Shown: one piece after another, positions 23,962 through 37,343 of the stretch
How the letters are laid out: every line of letters begins with the position of its first letter
Numbering within the stretch: position 1 is the stretch's first letter
Assembly (NCBI RefSeq): GCF_003334355.1
Contig: NZ_QOWP01000018.1
DNA from: Escherichia coli
Lineage (GTDB): Bacteria > Pseudomonadota > Gammaproteobacteria > Enterobacterales > Enterobacteriaceae
Strand: one strand, 5' to 3'
Length of the DNA: 64,000 nt
Position numbers and translations under genes: made by a program
The notes under the pieces: generated by a model
Database searches by the model: none
Told to the model about the DNA's origin: nothing
The model's input: the letters and a program-made list of their open reading frames with translations, nothing else

Positions 23962-24603
23962 TTAAGCGGTAATATATTCGAAGTCCGGATTGTTTAGTAG
24001 CGCTAAAATATTTTCCAGTAAACGTGGAGCAATATTATTAGTCGTCGCTTCGGGTTTCCATTGTGATATTTTAGCCATTTCCATTCCGGCATACCCACAA
24101 GGATTAATACGTAAAAATGGTGAAAGATCCATATTGACGTTTAATGCCAGACCGTGGAATGAACAACCGCGTCGAATACGTAAACCCAGTGAGCAAATTT
24201 TCTTTTCCCCAACATAGACACCTGGCGCGTCAGCCCGAGGATGCGCTTCTATACCCAGTTCAGCCAGGGTATTCACCACTGTTTGCTCAAGCAAGGTCAC
24301 CAGTTCACGCACACCGAGTTTACGGCGTTTCAGGTTAAGCAACACATACATCACCTGTTGCCCCGGCCCGTGATAAGTCACCTGCCCACCGCGATCGCTC
24401 TGGATCACCGGAATATCACCCGGCATTAAAATGTGCTCCGCTTTTCCTGCCTGACCTTGGGTGAATACCGGATAGTGCTCGACCAGCCAGATTTCATCAA
24501 GGGTACTATCATCGCGGGTATCGGTGAATTCATGCATAGCCTGGGAGATTGGCTCGTAAGGCTGAAGACCGAGCTGGCGGACAAGAATTTTATCCTGATA
24601 CAA
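23962..24603 (-). CDS. lipB: Octanoyltransferase LipB
   Basis: 213-aa ORF recognised as LipB. Confidence 0.9.
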
Positions 24604-24703
24604 AACGGCATCTCCGTGGAGAATGAGTAAAAGTGGGGGAAAAGTATATCACAGCGAGGAGAGGGGAGTTACCCGACCAGGAGCCGGGTAACGGAGAAGC
24701 GCG

Positions 24704-24967
24704 TTACAGAACCATGCGGACAATATCGATTTTGCCCAGTTCTTCATACAGTGTTTCAACCTGCTCGATATGAGTGGCGTTGATAGTGATAGATACCGAG
24801 TGGTAGTTGCCTTTGCTGCTTGGTTTTACCGTTGGGGTGTAGTCACCTGGCGCATGGCGCTGTACCACTTCAACCACCTGATCAACCAGCTCAGGTAACG
24901 CCTGCCCCATAACTTTGTAAGTAAAAGGAGTAGGGAATTCAAGCAGTTCGTTAAGTTTGGTTTTCAT
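24704..24967 (-). CDS. ybeD: UPF0250 protein YbeD
   Basis: 87-aa ORF recognised as YbeD. Confidence 0.9.
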
Positions 24968-25077
24968 GTCAGCTCCGGCGTAACGTAATTAAATAGCAAC
25001 TCCCGCCAGAAGGCGGGAGTTTTTTTACTGATGCTTAGTATATGGGGACGGAAATTACACTTTCAAGTGTTCAATTT

Positions 25078-26289
25078 TTAACCAAACCAGTGATGGAACA
25101 TTAATTTAATGTAATCAATGATTTTGCCGAAGAAGTTACCTTCCGGGATTTCTTGCAACACAACCAGCGGGCGTTGCTCGATCGTTTTGCCATCAAGCTG
25201 GAAGTTGATAGTTCCGACGACCTGATTCTTTTGCAGCGGCGCATGCAATTCACTGCTGTTCAGCACATAGCTGGCTTTCAGATCTTTCATGCGACCACGC
25301 GGAATGGTCAGGTACACGTCTTTATCAACCCCTAACGAAGCGCGATCAGAATCACCAAACCAAACCGGTTCAGAGGCGAACTCTTTACCTACTTTCAGTG
25401 GGTTAACGGTTTCGAAGAAACGGAAGCCCCAGGTTAGCAGTTTTTTACTTTCGGCTTCACGGCCTTTAAAAGTACGTCCGCCCATCACCGCAGAAATCAA
25501 GCGCATCTGGCCTTCAGTCGCAGAAGCAACAAGGTTGTAACCTGCTTTGTCAGTGTGTCCGGTTTTGATGCCGTCGACATTCAGGCTGTTATCCCATAAC
25601 AGGCCGTTACGGTTCAGCTGGCGAATACCGTTAAACGTAAATTCTTTTTCTTTATAGATCGAGTATTCATTCGGTACGTCACGGATCAATGCCTGGCCGA
25701 TCAGCGCCATATCTCGCGCGGAGCTGTACTGACCATCAGCATCCAGACCATGTACCGTCTGGAAGTGGGTATTTTTCAGGCCCAGTGCGTTAACGTAGCT
25801 GTTCATCAAGCCAACAAAAGCGTCCTGGCTACCAGCGGCAAAATCGGCCATGGCGACACAAGCATCGTTACCCGATTGCAGGTTAATACCGCGGATCAGC
25901 TGAGAAACCGGAACCTGCATGCCCGGTTTGAGGAACATCAGCGAAGAACCTTTAAACACCGGGTTACCGGTGGCCCATGCGTCGTTGCCGATAGTGACTA
26001 AATCAGTTTCTTTAAATTTACCGGCTTTCATTGCCTGGCCGATAACGTAACTGGTCATCATTTTGGTCAGGCTGGCAGGATCGCGGCGGACATCTGCGTT
26101 CTGTTCGGCGAGCACTTTGCCGGAGTTATAGTCAATCAGGATGTAGGACTCCGCATCGATCTGCGGTACACCCGGGATCATAGTTTTGATATTCAGGTCA
26201 TCGGCATGTGCAGCAGAGATAAAGGCTGTGCAAAGAGCCGTGGTGAGCGCCAGGCGCTTCATGATACGAGCGGAAAAAATGGTATTCAT
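25078..26289 (-). CDS. dacA: D-alanyl-D-alanine carboxypeptidase DacA (PBP5)
   Basis: ORF trimmed to Met25 ([16 protein letters not shown]), giving 403 aa; SxxK, SGN and KTG motifs. Confidence 0.9.
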
Positions 26290-26427
26290 GGTCTGAACTA
26301 CGACATCCGTGATGGAATTAAAAAAGTGCCCTACTATAGCAAATGCACTACCGGCAGGCATCTGACTTTCCGCGTTACTTTGTTAACGTCATTTACAGAA
26401 ATTGACACATCAGATGCCTGCTTTACG

Positions 26428-27516
26428 CTACTGCGCGGTAGTAATAAATGACTGTAATTGGGCTTCGGTTTGCAAACGTTGCTGCAAGGTACTGGCTTCG
26501 GCTTTGCTGGCGAATGGGCCAAGCTGGATCCGCCAGACCGCGCCATTTTGAGTTACGCGACCGGGGACGCCGAACTTCTGTCCCAGTTGCTGTTGGTACT
26601 GTTGCGCACGAGCCTGATCGCTTACGGCCCCGACTTGCACCATAAAGTTGCCGCTGGCGCTTTGCGAGGCGGCTTGCGGTGTCACCATTGCAGGCGAGGT
26701 TGCAGGCGTTGTCGACGGAGCTGTAACAACGGGCTGTGGCGCAGGCGTCGGTTCGCTGCCTTCCAGTACACCAGGCGCTAAGGTCGTTGGAGCGCCGAGG
26801 AAACCGCTACTGGTTACCGGCGCGCCGGTCGGATCTTCGCTTTTTAGCGTCGAATTACTGACCGGAAGAATGTCACCCTGCGGGCCAGACACTGAACTTG
26901 TTCCCGCGCCACCGCTTAAATCGGGAGGTGCAGGCAGGGCGTAAGTCTGTTTGGCGACTGTGGTACAAGCCATACCAGGACCAGAAAGCGAACCATCCTG
27001 GGCGACAATAATCGGATCGATACGAACTTTGGTGTTGTTTGACGTGTTAAGACGGTCAGCTGCCGCGCGAGAAAGCGAAATAACGCGGTCGTTGCCGTAA
27101 GGGCCGCGATCATTAATGCGCACCACGATCATTCGCCCGTTAGCCAGGTTAGTGATTCTGGCGTAGCTGGGGATCCGAAGCGTTGGATGGGCCGCCGTCA
27201 GCTGTGTCGGATCGAAAGCTTCGCCAGAGGCCGTCAGGTTACTGCCTGGTTCGGCATCATAGATTGCCGCCAGTCCCGCCTGGCTAAATCGAGACGGATC
27301 CTGCACGATTTTGTAGCTTTTACCGTCGCGCTGGTAATCCTGATTTGCCGTCGCGTTCAGTGGTTCGAAACGCGGGTCCGCCCCGCTAATTTCAACTATG
27401 GGGCCGTTACATACCGCAGGCTGCGGTACACTTACCGTCTGTTGCTGACCATCATCGCTTGTACATGCCGCGAGCATTCCTGCCGCGATGCAGATCCCGA
27501 GCCACTGCTTACGCAT
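26428..27516 (-). CDS. rlpA: Septal ring lytic transglycosylase / rare lipoprotein A
   Basis: 362-aa ORF with lipoprotein signal (LAACTS), Pro/Thr-rich linker and C-terminal SPOR domain. Confidence 0.9.
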   Translation of the reverse strand: MRKQWLGICIAAGMLAACTSDDGQQQTVSVPQPAVCNGPIVEISGADPRFEPLNATANQDYQRDGKSYKIVQDPSRFSQAGLAAIYDAEPGSNLTASGEAFDPTQLTAAHPTLRIPSYARITNLANGRMIVVRINDRGPYGNDRVISLSRAAADRLNTSNNTKVRIDPIIVAQDGSLSGPGMACTTVAKQTYALPAPPDLSGGAGTSSVSGPQGDILPVSNSTLKSEDPTGAPVTSSGFLGAPTTLAPGVLEGSEPTPAPQPVVTAPSTTPATSPAMVTPQAASQSASGNFMVQVGAVSDQARAQQYQQQLGQKFGVPGRVTQNGAVWRIQLGPFASKAEASTLQQRLQTEAQLQSFITTAQ

Positions 27517-27526
27517 TGCGCACCTC

Positions 27527-28639
27527 TTACACGCTTTTCGACAACATTTTCCTGTGGGTGTGGATTGACATTACAATCCCGAACCCAGCCATCAGCACAA
27601 TTAGCGCCGATCCTCCATAACTGACCAGTGGGAGCGGAACCCCTACAACCGGCAGAATACCGCTTACCATACCAATATTTACGAAGACATAAACGAATAA
27701 TATCAGCATTAAGCCACCAGCCATGACGCGACCAAAGGTGGTTTGCGCTCTGGCGGCTATCCACAGCCCGCGCATGATCAGCAGAATGTAGAGAGCGAGC
27801 AGAATCAGAATGCCCACTAATCCCAGCTCTTCCGCCAGTACCGCGAAGATAAAGTCGGTATGGCGTTCGGGGAGAAATTCAAGCTGTGACTGAGTGCCGT
27901 GCAGCCAGCCTTTGCCGCGTAATCCGCCGGAGCCAATAGCAATTTTAGACTGAATAATGTGATAGCCCGCGCCGAGTGGGTCTGATTCCGGGTCCAGGAG
28001 CATCATTACGCGCTGGCGCTGGTAATCATGCATCAGGAAGAACCACAGAATCGGAATGAACGCCGCCACCAGCACTACTGCGACGCCAATCAGACGCCAG
28101 CTAAGGCCAGAGAGGAACAGTACAAACAGACCGGAAAGCGCAACGAGGATTGATGTTCCCAGGTCAGGCTGTGCAGCCACCAGCAGCGTGGGCATAAATA
28201 TCAGCACCAGCGCGATGCCAGTGTTCTTCAACGATGGCGGGCAAACGTCGCGGTTGATAAAGCGCGCAACCATCAGTGGTACGGCTATTTTGGCAATTTC
28301 CGACGGCTGAAAACGAACAATACCGAGGTCCAGCCAGCGTTGAGCACCTTTAGAGATGGCACCGAAAGCATCTACCGCCACCAGCAAAATAATACAGATG
28401 ATATAGAGATAGGGGGCCCAGCCTTCATAAACGCGTGGAGGAATTTGCGCCATCACCACCATGATGACCAGACCCATCGCGATTTGGCCGATTTTACGCT
28501 CCATCATGCCAATATCCTGACCGCTGGCGCTCCAGATAACCAGGGCGCTGTAAACCAGCAATGCCAGTAAGATCAGCAGCATTGTGGGATCGAGATGGAC
28601 TTTATCCCAGAATGTTTTTTTATTCGGATTATCCGTCAT
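27527..28639 (-). CDS. mrdB: Peptidoglycan glycosyltransferase RodA (SEDS family)
   Basis: 370-aa polytopic ORF recognised as RodA/MrdB. Confidence 0.95.
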   Translation of the reverse strand: MTDNPNKKTFWDKVHLDPTMLLILLALLVYSALVIWSASGQDIGMMERKIGQIAMGLVIMVVMAQIPPRVYEGWAPYLYIICIILLVAVDAFGAISKGAQRWLDLGIVRFQPSEIAKIAVPLMVARFINRDVCPPSLKNTGIALVLIFMPTLLVAAQPDLGTSILVALSGLFVLFLSGLSWRLIGVAVVLVAAFIPILWFFLMHDYQRQRVMMLLDPESDPLGAGYHIIQSKIAIGSGGLRGKGWLHGTQSQLEFLPERHTDFIFAVLAEELGLVGILILLALYILLIMRGLWIAARAQTTFGRVMAGGLMLILFVYVFVNIGMVSGILPVVGVPLPLVSYGGSALIVLMAGFGIVMSIHTHRKMLSKSV

Positions 28640-28641
28640 GA

Positions 28642-30543
28642 TTAATGGTCCTCCGCTGCGGCAACCGCTGGATTTTCCGCAGGCAGATCGGTGTTGTTAT
28701 CACCCAGCATAATGTGGTCGAGGATCTGGCGCATCAGTGTACCAACCGCCGGACCCGCACCACCGTTCTCCAGAATCATGGCGACAGCCACTTGCGGATT
28801 GTTGTATGGCGCAAAGGCGGTCATCAGTTTGTGGTCACGTAAACGCTCGGCAATTTTGTGCGCATTATAGGTTTCGTTCGCTTTCAGACCGAAGACCTGA
28901 GCGGTACCGGATTTCGCCGCAATTTTGTACGGTGCGCTGGCAAAGTATTTATGCGCCGTACCGTTAGGGCGGTTAGCAACACCGTACATACCGTCTTTCG
29001 CCAGCTCCCAGTAACCGGAATGAATATCGCCGACGGGCGGTTCATGCGGCTGTACCCATGGCACCTGTTTGCCGTCTTCGGCGGTGCTCATCAGCAAATG
29101 AGGAACCTTCACGATACCGTCATTAATCAGGATCATCAGTGCCTTACTCATCTGGATTGGGGTCGCTGTCCAGTAACCCTGACCGATACCAACCGGAATG
29201 GTGTCACCCTGATACCACGGTTTTTTAAAGCGTTTCTGTTTCCATTCGCGGGTAGGCATGTTGCCGGAACGTTCTTCCGCCAGGTCGATACCGGTGTAAT
29301 GACCATAACCGAATTTACCCATCCATTCGGAGAGGCGATCGATCCCCATATCGTAGGCCACCTGATAGAAGAAGGTATCCGCAGATTCTTCCAGCGATCT
29401 TGTGACATTCAGACGCCCGTGGCCCCATTTTTTCCAGTCACGATAACGTTTTTCCGAACCTGGCAGTTGCCACCAGCCTGGGTCAAACAGCGTCGTATTG
29501 CGCGTGATCACCCCGGCGCTCAATGCCGAAACCGCCACATAGGGTTTAACTGTAGACGCGGGAGGATAAACCCCCTGTGTGGCGCGGTTCACCAGCGGTG
29601 TATTCGGGTCGTTCAGCAAGGCGGAATAATCTTTGCTGGAGATACCGTCAACAAACAGGTTTGGGTCATAACTAGGCGTGGAAACCAGCGCCAGCACCCC
29701 ACCTGTACGCGGATCGGTGACAACCACAGCTGCGCGGCTACCCGCCAGCAGCGTTTCAATATATTGCTGGAGTTTGAGATCCAGCGTCAGGTAAATATCG
29801 TGTCCGGCTTGCGGTGGTACTTCTTTTAACTGGCGGATAACACGCCCACGGTTGTTAACTTCAACCTCTTCATAACCGGTCTGACCGTGCAGCACGTCTT
29901 CATAGTAACGCTCAATGCCCAGCTTACCGATATCATGCGTTGCCGCATAGTTGGCCAGTTTGCCGTCATTATTCAGGCGTTCGACGTCTTTATCGTTGAT
30001 TTTCGACACATAGCCGATGACGTGGGTCAACGCCGAACCGTAAGGATAGTAACGACGTTTATAGCCTTTAACTTCGACACCCGGAAAACGGTACTGATTG
30101 ACGGCAAAGCGAGCTACTTGTACTTCGGTCAGGTTAGTTTTCACCGGAATAGAGGTGAAACGGTGTGAACGTGCGCGCTCTTTTCGGAATGCAGCAATAT
30201 CGTCATCGGTCAGATCAACCACGCTGCGCAAAGCGTCCAGCGTTTGCTGCACGTTATCGACTTTCTCTGGCATCATTTCTATCTGGTAGATAGTGCGGTT
30301 GAGGGCCAGAGGGATACCATTACGGTCGTAGATAATGCCGCGGCTGGGCGCGATAGGCACCAGCTTAATGCGGTTTTCATTAGAGCGAGTCTGGTAGTCG
30401 GTAAAGCGAACAATTTGCAGATTATACAGGTTGGCGATAAGCACGCCGGTCAGCAGCAAAATCCCCAAAAAGGCGACCAGCGCCCGGCGCACAAACAGCG
30501 CGGACTCTGCCGTATAGTCGCGAAAAGAGTTCTGTAGTTTCAT
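28642..30543 (-). CDS. mrdA: Penicillin-binding protein 2 (elongasome transpeptidase)
   Basis: 633-aa ORF recognised as PBP2. Confidence 0.95.
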   Translation of the reverse strand: MKLQNSFRDYTAESALFVRRALVAFLGILLLTGVLIANLYNLQIVRFTDYQTRSNENRIKLVPIAPSRGIIYDRNGIPLALNRTIYQIEMMPEKVDNVQQTLDALRSVVDLTDDDIAAFRKERARSHRFTSIPVKTNLTEVQVARFAVNQYRFPGVEVKGYKRRYYPYGSALTHVIGYVSKINDKDVERLNNDGKLANYAATHDIGKLGIERYYEDVLHGQTGYEEVEVNNRGRVIRQLKEVPPQAGHDIYLTLDLKLQQYIETLLAGSRAAVVVTDPRTGGVLALVSTPSYDPNLFVDGISSKDYSALLNDPNTPLVNRATQGVYPPASTVKPYVAVSALSAGVITRNTTLFDPGWWQLPGSEKRYRDWKKWGHGRLNVTRSLEESADTFFYQVAYDMGIDRLSEWMGKFGYGHYTGIDLAEERSGNMPTREWKQKRFKKPWYQGDTIPVGIGQGYWTATPIQMSKALMILINDGIVKVPHLLMSTAEDGKQVPWVQPHEPPVGDIHSGYWELAKDGMYGVANRPNGTAHKYFASAPYKIAAKSGTAQVFGLKANETYNAHKIAERLRDHKLMTAFAPYNNPQVAVAMILENGGAGPAVGTLMRQILDHIMLGDNNTDLPAENPAVAAAEDH

Positions 30544-30573
30544 CCGCTGCGTTTTCTACTCAAAGCTCCCTTA

Positions 30574-31041
30574 TCACTCACGGTGATAAGGATGGTTGGT
30601 GGTGATGCTCCACGCCCGGTACAGACTCTCTGCGACCAGCACGCGAACCAGCGGATGGGGGAGGGTAAGCGCCGACAGCGACCAGCTCTGCTCCGCCGCC
30701 GCTTTACAGGCAGGCGACAACCCTTCAGGCCCGCCAATCAGTAGACTGACGTCGCGACCATCCAGCTTCCAGCGTTCCAGCTCAGCGGCTAACTGCGGCG
30801 TATCCCAGGGCTTGCCTGGAATATCGAGGGTGACAATGCGGTTTTTGCCTGCGGCCGCCAACATCTGCTCACCCTCTTTGTCGAGTATGCGCTTGATGTC
30901 CGCATTCTTGCCGCGTTTTCCGGCCGGAATTTCAATCAGCTCGAAGGGCATATCTTTCGGAAAACGACGCAGGTACTCGGTAAAACCGGTTTGTACCCAG
31001 TCCGGCATTTTCGTTCCCACGGCGACAAGTTGCAGCTTCAC
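30574..31041 (-). CDS. rlmH: 23S rRNA (pseudouridine1915-N3)-methyltransferase RlmH
   Basis: 155-aa ORF recognised as RlmH/YbeA. Confidence 0.9.
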
Positions 31042-31044
31042 GCA

Positions 31045-31380
<336 letters not shown>

Positions 31381-31621
31381 TCAAATAGATAAAAATGGTC
31401 TGTCAGTATACCTGAACCAGAGGCGATTTCGGGACAATTGTCGCCGAATCGGCTTTCGAAAGTGGGCTATCATCCCACCCCGCGCCGCAGATTGCATCGC
31501 CATTTTTGTAAAACAATTTCTACAAAGTCGTGTCTGGCGGAAAAAGTCTGGCTGCGGAGAATATCAGCCTGCCCGGGGCTGTCAATGGTCGTTGCGGCTT
31601 ACCCGTAAAAAAACAGAAAAG

Positions 31622-32233
31622 TCATGCATTCTCGACCCCGATGGCACGGCTATTGAGGACGCGTAGCGTCGCGAATTTTTGGTTGATATCAATGGCGCTC
31701 CAACACCCCTGGTCAACGCGAAAATGCCACATAGACTCGGCAGGCATGCCAATTAAACGAGCAATTAACAGACTCAGTACGCCCTGATGGCTGACGATTA
31801 AAATATTCTGATAGTGCTGATATTCACTAAGCCTTGCGATAAAGCGTTCCACACGTTGTGAAAATGCCTGAAATCCTTCACCGTTCGTGGGGATAGCATG
31901 CTGCCAGTCATTGCACCACGCGCTATAGTTTTCGGCATCTTCTTGCATGAGGTCGCGATGATGTCGCATCTCCCAGTCACCAAAAAACATTTCGTTGAGT
32001 TCAGGGATGATATGAACGGGGAGCTGGCGGTCACTGAGAACCAGTCGCGCGGTATGCTGTGCCCGTTCCAGTTCACTGCATAAAACCAGGTCAAAGGAAA
32101 CATCATGTAGCAGTGTATGCAGATTTTGCGCTTGCTCAATACCGCGTGCGGTCAGGGGTGTGGGCGCATGACCGCTGTACAGACCATCGACATTCGCTTG
32201 TGTTTCGCCATGACGAATTAACCACAGTCGCAT
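31622..32233 (-). CDS. cobC: Adenosylcobalamin/alpha-ribazole phosphatase (histidine phosphatase family)
   Basis: ORF trimmed to Met2 (MRLWLIRHGETQAN), giving 203 aa; RHGE phosphoglycerate-mutase-type motif. Confidence 0.85.
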   Translation of the reverse strand: MRLWLIRHGETQANVDGLYSGHAPTPLTARGIEQAQNLHTLLHDVSFDLVLCSELERAQHTARLVLSDRQLPVHIIPELNEMFFGDWEMRHHRDLMQEDAENYSAWCNDWQHAIPTNGEGFQAFSQRVERFIARLSEYQHYQNILIVSHQGVLSLLIARLIGMPAESMWHFRVDQGCWSAIDINQKFATLRVLNSRAIGVENA

Positions 32234-32256
32234 CATGCCCTCCGTAACGACAGGTA

Positions 32257-32898
32257 TCAGCGATACAAGCCTTGTTGGTTAATGTAAGTCAATACCGGTT
32301 CCGGCAATAAATCCTCACACGATTCACCGTTTTGCAAACGTTCGCGGATGATGGTCGCCGAGATGTTAAACCACGGTGTTTCAGCCAGATAAATTTTACC
32401 GGCAGGCTGAAGGTGAAGATCTTCCGGGTTATGTGTCAAATGATCTTCCAGCCATTGCTGGTATTGCGGTTGCGCCATTTCAAGTGGGTAACCTGGACGC
32501 CGACAGACGATCAAATGTGCATTGTCGAGTATCGTTTCGTATTCGTACCAGGTCGGAAAGGTCAGCAATGAATCCTGACCAATAATAAACGCCAGCGGCA
32601 CGTCCGGCCCTTGTTCCTGCCGCCACTCTTTCAGTGTTTGCGCAGTGTAAGAGGGGGCATTGCGCTTTAGCTCGCGTTCATCAAGAGTAAATAATGGCTT
32701 GTCGGCAATCGCCAGTTCAAGCATGTGTTTACGCTGCACGCTGTTCGCTTCCGGCTGGGGACGATGCGGAGGAACATTATTAGGGATTATTGTGACCCGC
32801 GTCAGACCAATCAAATTCGCCAGCGTTTCCACGGGTTTAAGATGACCATAGTGCACCGGATCAAAGGTGCCGCCAAACAGAGCCTGTAAAGATTTCAT
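32257..32898 (-). CDS. nadD: Nicotinate-nucleotide adenylyltransferase
   Basis: 213-aa ORF with [11 protein letters not shown] nucleotidyltransferase motif. Confidence 0.9.
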
Positions 32899-32899
32899 A

Positions 32900-33931
32900 T
32901 CAACCGTCGATAAATACGTCCGCCAGGGGTTTATGGCACAACAGAAGAGATAACCCTTCCAGCTCTGCCCACACTGACTGACCGTAATCTTGTTTGAGGG
33001 TGAGTTCCGTTCGTGTCAGGAGTTGCACAGCCTGACGTAACTGCGGCTGGCTTAAGCGATTTAACGCCTCGCCCATCATGCCCCGGCGGTTCTGCCATAC
33101 CCGATGCTTATCAAACAACGCACGCAGTGGCGTATGGGCAGACTGGCGTTTCAGGTTAACCAGTAACAACAGTTCACGTTGTAATGTGCGCAACAAAATA
33201 ACCGGCTCGCTGCCTTCCAGACGCAGTTGCTGAAGAATATGCAACGCGCGCTTACTTTTTCCCATCAACAAAGCATCAACCCAATGAAAAGGGGTGAAAT
33301 GCGCGGCATCATTCACCGCCTGTTCAACGCGCGGTAATGTCAATTTGCCGTCTGGCCAGAGCAGCGATAAACGCTCCAGTGCCTGAGCCAGCGCCAGCAG
33401 GTTACCTTCATAACAGTAGCAGAGCACCTGATTCGCCGCGTCATCCAGTTCTAAATTGAGCTGTTTTGCGCGCGCAGCAACCCAGCGGGGAAGCTGAGCC
33501 TGCTCCGGTGTCTGACAGGTCACCTGCACGCTGCGATTCGCAAGAGCAGTAAACCAGGCGGAATTTTCTTGCGCTTTGCTTAATTTATTACCGCGGACGA
33601 TCAACAGCAGGTCGTCATGCAGAAGTCCGGTGAGTGTGAGAAGTTGTTCATTGATCGCCGCATTCGGTCCGTTTTCTGGTAACAACAGCAATAGCGTTTG
33701 TCGACTGGCAAACAGACTCATGGCCTGGCATAACGAAAAGATCGCATTCCAGTCAGTGTTGGGATCAATGGAAAAAGTGTGGTGTTCTTCGAATCCTTGT
33801 GCCGCAGCTACCTGACGAACAGCGTCCTGGCTTTCCTGCAATAACAGAGGATCGTTACCAAGTAAAAGATACGCCGCGCGCAGCCCTTCATTGAGCTGCG
33901 CGCGGAGTTGTTCCGGGTACAACCGAATCAT
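32900..33931 (-). CDS. holA: DNA polymerase III delta subunit
   Basis: 343-aa ORF recognised as HolA. Confidence 0.9.
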
Positions 33932-34512
33932 CAGTTACCCAGCGTGGTGGAGACGCGTGCAGGCGTTGCCGGAGTATCCGTTGTGGTCGACGTCTGTTCT
34001 TCGTCGGAACGAATATCCGCAGCACGGATGCTTGGCAGCTTACGAATCAGCTGTTCGGCAGCACGGTCGTACATCTCTTTTACGATCATGTCTTGTTCGT
34101 TATCTTTCGCTAACGCCATTTGCGGGTTATCGAAGAACGAACGGAAGACTTTGGCGCTAATCGGGTAGATATCACGGCCGGGGATCAACACGGTCGCATT
34201 AACCGTCATGATCATCTGATACTCTGCTGTTTGACCGTTACGGAATACCGATGCGGTATCTTTCGCGATGCTCACTTTACCCAAACGCAAGGATGGAACG
34301 TCCTTACGCGTGGTTTCTTTATCAAGCAACTCGACACCATTCAGACGTAACTGGTTACGCACCGCACGGCTTAATGGCCCGTTCGGATCGCCTGAGTCCA
34401 GGATCATGACCTTCATAGTGGAAGGAACCTGCGTGGTATCACGCAGATGCCAGCCACACCCGGCGGTGATTAACACCGCCAGAGATAACAACAATGTTGC
34501 CAGATATCGCAC
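33931..34512 (-). CDS. lptE: LPS assembly lipoprotein LptE
   Basis: 193-aa ORF with lipoprotein signal (LITAGCGW); stop overlaps holA start. Confidence 0.9.
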
Positions 34513-34526
34513 GCTTCCTCCCGCGC

Positions 34527-37109
34527 TTAGCCAACGACCAGATTGAGGAGTTTACCTGGTACGTAAATCACTTTACGTACAGTAACGCCATCAAGATATT
34601 TTGCTACCAGATGTTCCTGGCCAGCACGTTCGCGAACCTGTTCTTCCGTTGCGTCCACCGGAACGGTGATTTTGGCACGGACTTTACCGTTAACCTGCAC
34701 CACGACCAGCGTGGAGTCTTCCACCATCGCTTTTTCGTCAGCAACCGGCCACGGCGCGTTGTCGATATCGCCTTCGCCTTTCAGTTCCTGCCACAGCGTG
34801 AAGCAGATGTGCGGGGTGAACGGGTTAAGCATACGGACAACGGCCAGCAGAGCTTCCTGCATCAGAGCGCGATCCTGCTCGCCATCGGTCGGTGCTTTCG
34901 CCAGTTTGTTCATCAGCTCCATAATCGCCGCAATTGCGGTGTTGAAGGTCTGACGACGGCCGATATCATCGGTCACTTTAGCGATAGTTTTATGCACATC
35001 ACGACGCAGCGCTTTCTGATCTTCAGTCAGTGCATCAACGTTCAGTGTCGCAACATCACCTTTTGCTGTATGCTCGTACACCAGTTTCCAGACACGTTTC
35101 AGGAAGCGGTTAGCCCCTTCCACACCGGATTCCTGCCATTCGAGAGTCATATCAGCCGGAGAAGCAAACATCATAAACAGACGAACGGTGTCCGCGCCGT
35201 AACGTTCAACCATCACCTGCGGGTCGATACCGTTGTTCTTCGACTTGGACATTTTGCTCATGCCGGTATAAACCAGTTCATGGCCTGCCGCATCTTTCGC
35301 TTTCACGATACGGCCTTTCTCGTCACGTTCAACGATAGCATCAACCGGGGAAACCCAGTTACGTTCGCCGTTTTCGCCAACATAGTAGAAGGCATCTGCC
35401 AGCACCATACCCTGACACAGCAACTGTTTCGCTGGTTCGTCAGAGTTCACCATGCCTGCATCACGCATCAGTTTGTGGAAGAAGCGGAAGTAGAGCAGGT
35501 GCATAATGGCGTGTTCAATACCACCAATGTAGATATCCACCGGCAGCCAGTAGTTAGCCGCTTCGGAATCCAGCATACCTTCTTTGTACTGCGGGCAAGT
35601 GTAGCGCGCATAGTACCAGGAGGACTCCATAAAGGTGTCGAAAGTGTCGGTTTCACGCAGTGCTGGCATACCGTTAACGGTAGTTTTCGCCCACTCCGGA
35701 TCTGCTTTAATCGGGCTGGTAATGCCGTCCATTACCACATCTTCCGGCAGGATCACCGGCAGCTGGTCGTCCGGGGTCGGCATTACGGTACCGTCTTCCA
35801 GCGTCACCATCGGAATCGGCGCGCCCCAGTAACGCTGACGGGAAACACCCCAGTCGCGCAGGCGGTAGTTCACTTTACGCTCGCCAACGCCCATCGCAGT
35901 CAGTTTATCGGCGATGGCGTTGAAGGCCGCTTCATGGTCAAGACCGTTGAACTCGCCAGAGTTGAACAGCACGCCTTTTTCAGTCAGGGCTTGCTGAGAA
36001 AGATCTGGCTCAGAGCCGTCAGCTGCCAGGATAACCGGTTTGATGTTCAGGCCGTATTTAGAGGCAAACTCGTAGTCGCGCTGGTCGTGCCCCGGTACCG
36101 CCATAACTGCGCCCGTGCCGTACTCCATCAATACGAAGTTTGCTGCCCAAACGGGAATTTCTTCGCCCGTTAATGGGTGAACCGCTTTAAAGCCAGTATC
36201 GACGCCTTTTTTCTCCATCGTCGCCATTTCAGCTTCGGCAACTTTGGTGTTACGGCATTCGTCAATAAAGGCCGCCAGTTCAGGATTATTTTCCGCCGCT
36301 TTCTGCGCCAGCGGATGACCCGCAGCTACCGCCAGGTAGGTACAACCCATAAAGGTGTCCGGGCGGGTAGTGTAAACGGTCAGCGTGTTGTCATAGTCGT
36401 TAACGTTGAAGGTGATCTCCACGCCTTCGGAACGACCGATCCAGTTACGCTGCATGGTTTTAACGGTGTCTGGCCAGTGATCCAGTTTATCCAGATCGTT
36501 GAGCAGCTCGTCAGCGTAAGCAGTGATTTTGATAAACCACTGCGGGATCTCTTTACGTTCAACTTTGGTATCGCAGCGCCAGCAGCAGCCGTCGATAACT
36601 TGTTCGTTCGCCAGTACGGTCTGGTCGTTCGGGCACCAGTTGACCGCAGAAGTCTTCTTATATACCAGGCCTTTTTTATACAGCTCGGTGAAGAATTTCT
36701 GTTCCCAACGGTAGTATTCCGGCGTACAGGTTGCCAGCTCGCGGCTCCAGTCATAACCAAAGCCCAGCATTTTGAGCTGGTTTTTCATATACGCGATGTT
36801 GTCGTACGTCCACGGTGCCGGAGCGGTGTTGTTTTTCACCGCCGCGCCTTCCGCAGGCAGACCAAACGCGTCCCAGCCGATCGGCTGCAGGACGTTTTTG
36901 CCCAGCATACGCTGGTAGCGGGCGATCACGTCACCGATGGTGTAGTTACGTACGTGGCCCATGTGTAGTCGACCAGAAGGATAGGGAAGCATAGACAGGC
37001 AGTAATACTTCTCTTTGCTCTCGTCTTCGGTTACTTCAAATGTGCGCTTCTCATCCCAATGAAGCTGTACTTTGGATTCTATCTCTTCCGGGCGGTATTG
37101 CTCTTGCAT
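34527..37109 (-). CDS. leuS: Leucine--tRNA ligase
   Basis: ORF 34527..37250 trimmed to Met48 ([11 protein letters not shown]), giving 860 aa; HMGH and KMSKS class-I motifs. Confidence 0.95.
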   Translation of the reverse strand: MQEQYRPEEIESKVQLHWDEKRTFEVTEDESKEKYYCLSMLPYPSGRLHMGHVRNYTIGDVIARYQRMLGKNVLQPIGWDAFGLPAEGAAVKNNTAPAPWTYDNIAYMKNQLKMLGFGYDWSRELATCTPEYYRWEQKFFTELYKKGLVYKKTSAVNWCPNDQTVLANEQVIDGCCWRCDTKVERKEIPQWFIKITAYADELLNDLDKLDHWPDTVKTMQRNWIGRSEGVEITFNVNDYDNTLTVYTTRPDTFMGCTYLAVAAGHPLAQKAAENNPELAAFIDECRNTKVAEAEMATMEKKGVDTGFKAVHPLTGEEIPVWAANFVLMEYGTGAVMAVPGHDQRDYEFASKYGLNIKPVILAADGSEPDLSQQALTEKGVLFNSGEFNGLDHEAAFNAIADKLTAMGVGERKVNYRLRDWGVSRQRYWGAPIPMVTLEDGTVMPTPDDQLPVILPEDVVMDGITSPIKADPEWAKTTVNGMPALRETDTFDTFMESSWYYARYTCPQYKEGMLDSEAANYWLPVDIYIGGIEHAIMHLLYFRFFHKLMRDAGMVNSDEPAKQLLCQGMVLADAFYYVGENGERNWVSPVDAIVERDEKGRIVKAKDAAGHELVYTGMSKMSKSKNNGIDPQVMVERYGADTVRLFMMFASPADMTLEWQESGVEGANRFLKRVWKLVYEHTAKGDVATLNVDALTEDQKALRRDVHKTIAKVTDDIGRRQTFNTAIAAIMELMNKLAKAPTDGEQDRALMQEALLAVVRMLNPFTPHICFTLWQELKGEGDIDNAPWPVADEKAMVEDSTLVVVQVNGKVRAKITVPVDATEEQVRERAGQEHLVAKYLDGVTVRKVIYVPGKLLNLVVG

Positions 37110-37343
37110 GGCAGCCAGTGGTCCTGTTTTCAATACGGCTACAAATGTAGCGTTGAGGTGGTTTTTCAGATCCGCATAGCATAGCCCAAACGTCCGCGTC
37201 AAAACAGCCTTTCGCGCACTCGACGTTGAAATGATGCCCGGATTATTCATACATTAATTTACAGAGTTTGTGGGCGTATTAGCAAAGCAAGGAACAAAGA
37301 ACGTCTATTATTATAGTCAGTTAACGACCCGGGAGATGAAACG

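Noticed and set aside
28858-29829. 323-aa plus-strand ORF
   Set aside because: Antisense to mrdA (PBP2); artefact.
34494-36173. 559-aa plus-strand ORF (and the following 263-aa ORF at 36177-36968)
   Set aside because: Antisense to leuS; same stop-poor antisense-frame artefact; no independent start signals.
37109-37250. N-terminal extensions in the ORF track (leuS 907 aa; also citC, citF, dacA, asnB, gltI, rihA, dsbG, ahpF)
   Set aside because: Extensions upstream of the recognisable N-termini lack Shine-Dalgarno sequences and include signal-peptide-disrupting residues; starts were trimmed to the internal Met preceded by a ribosome-binding site.
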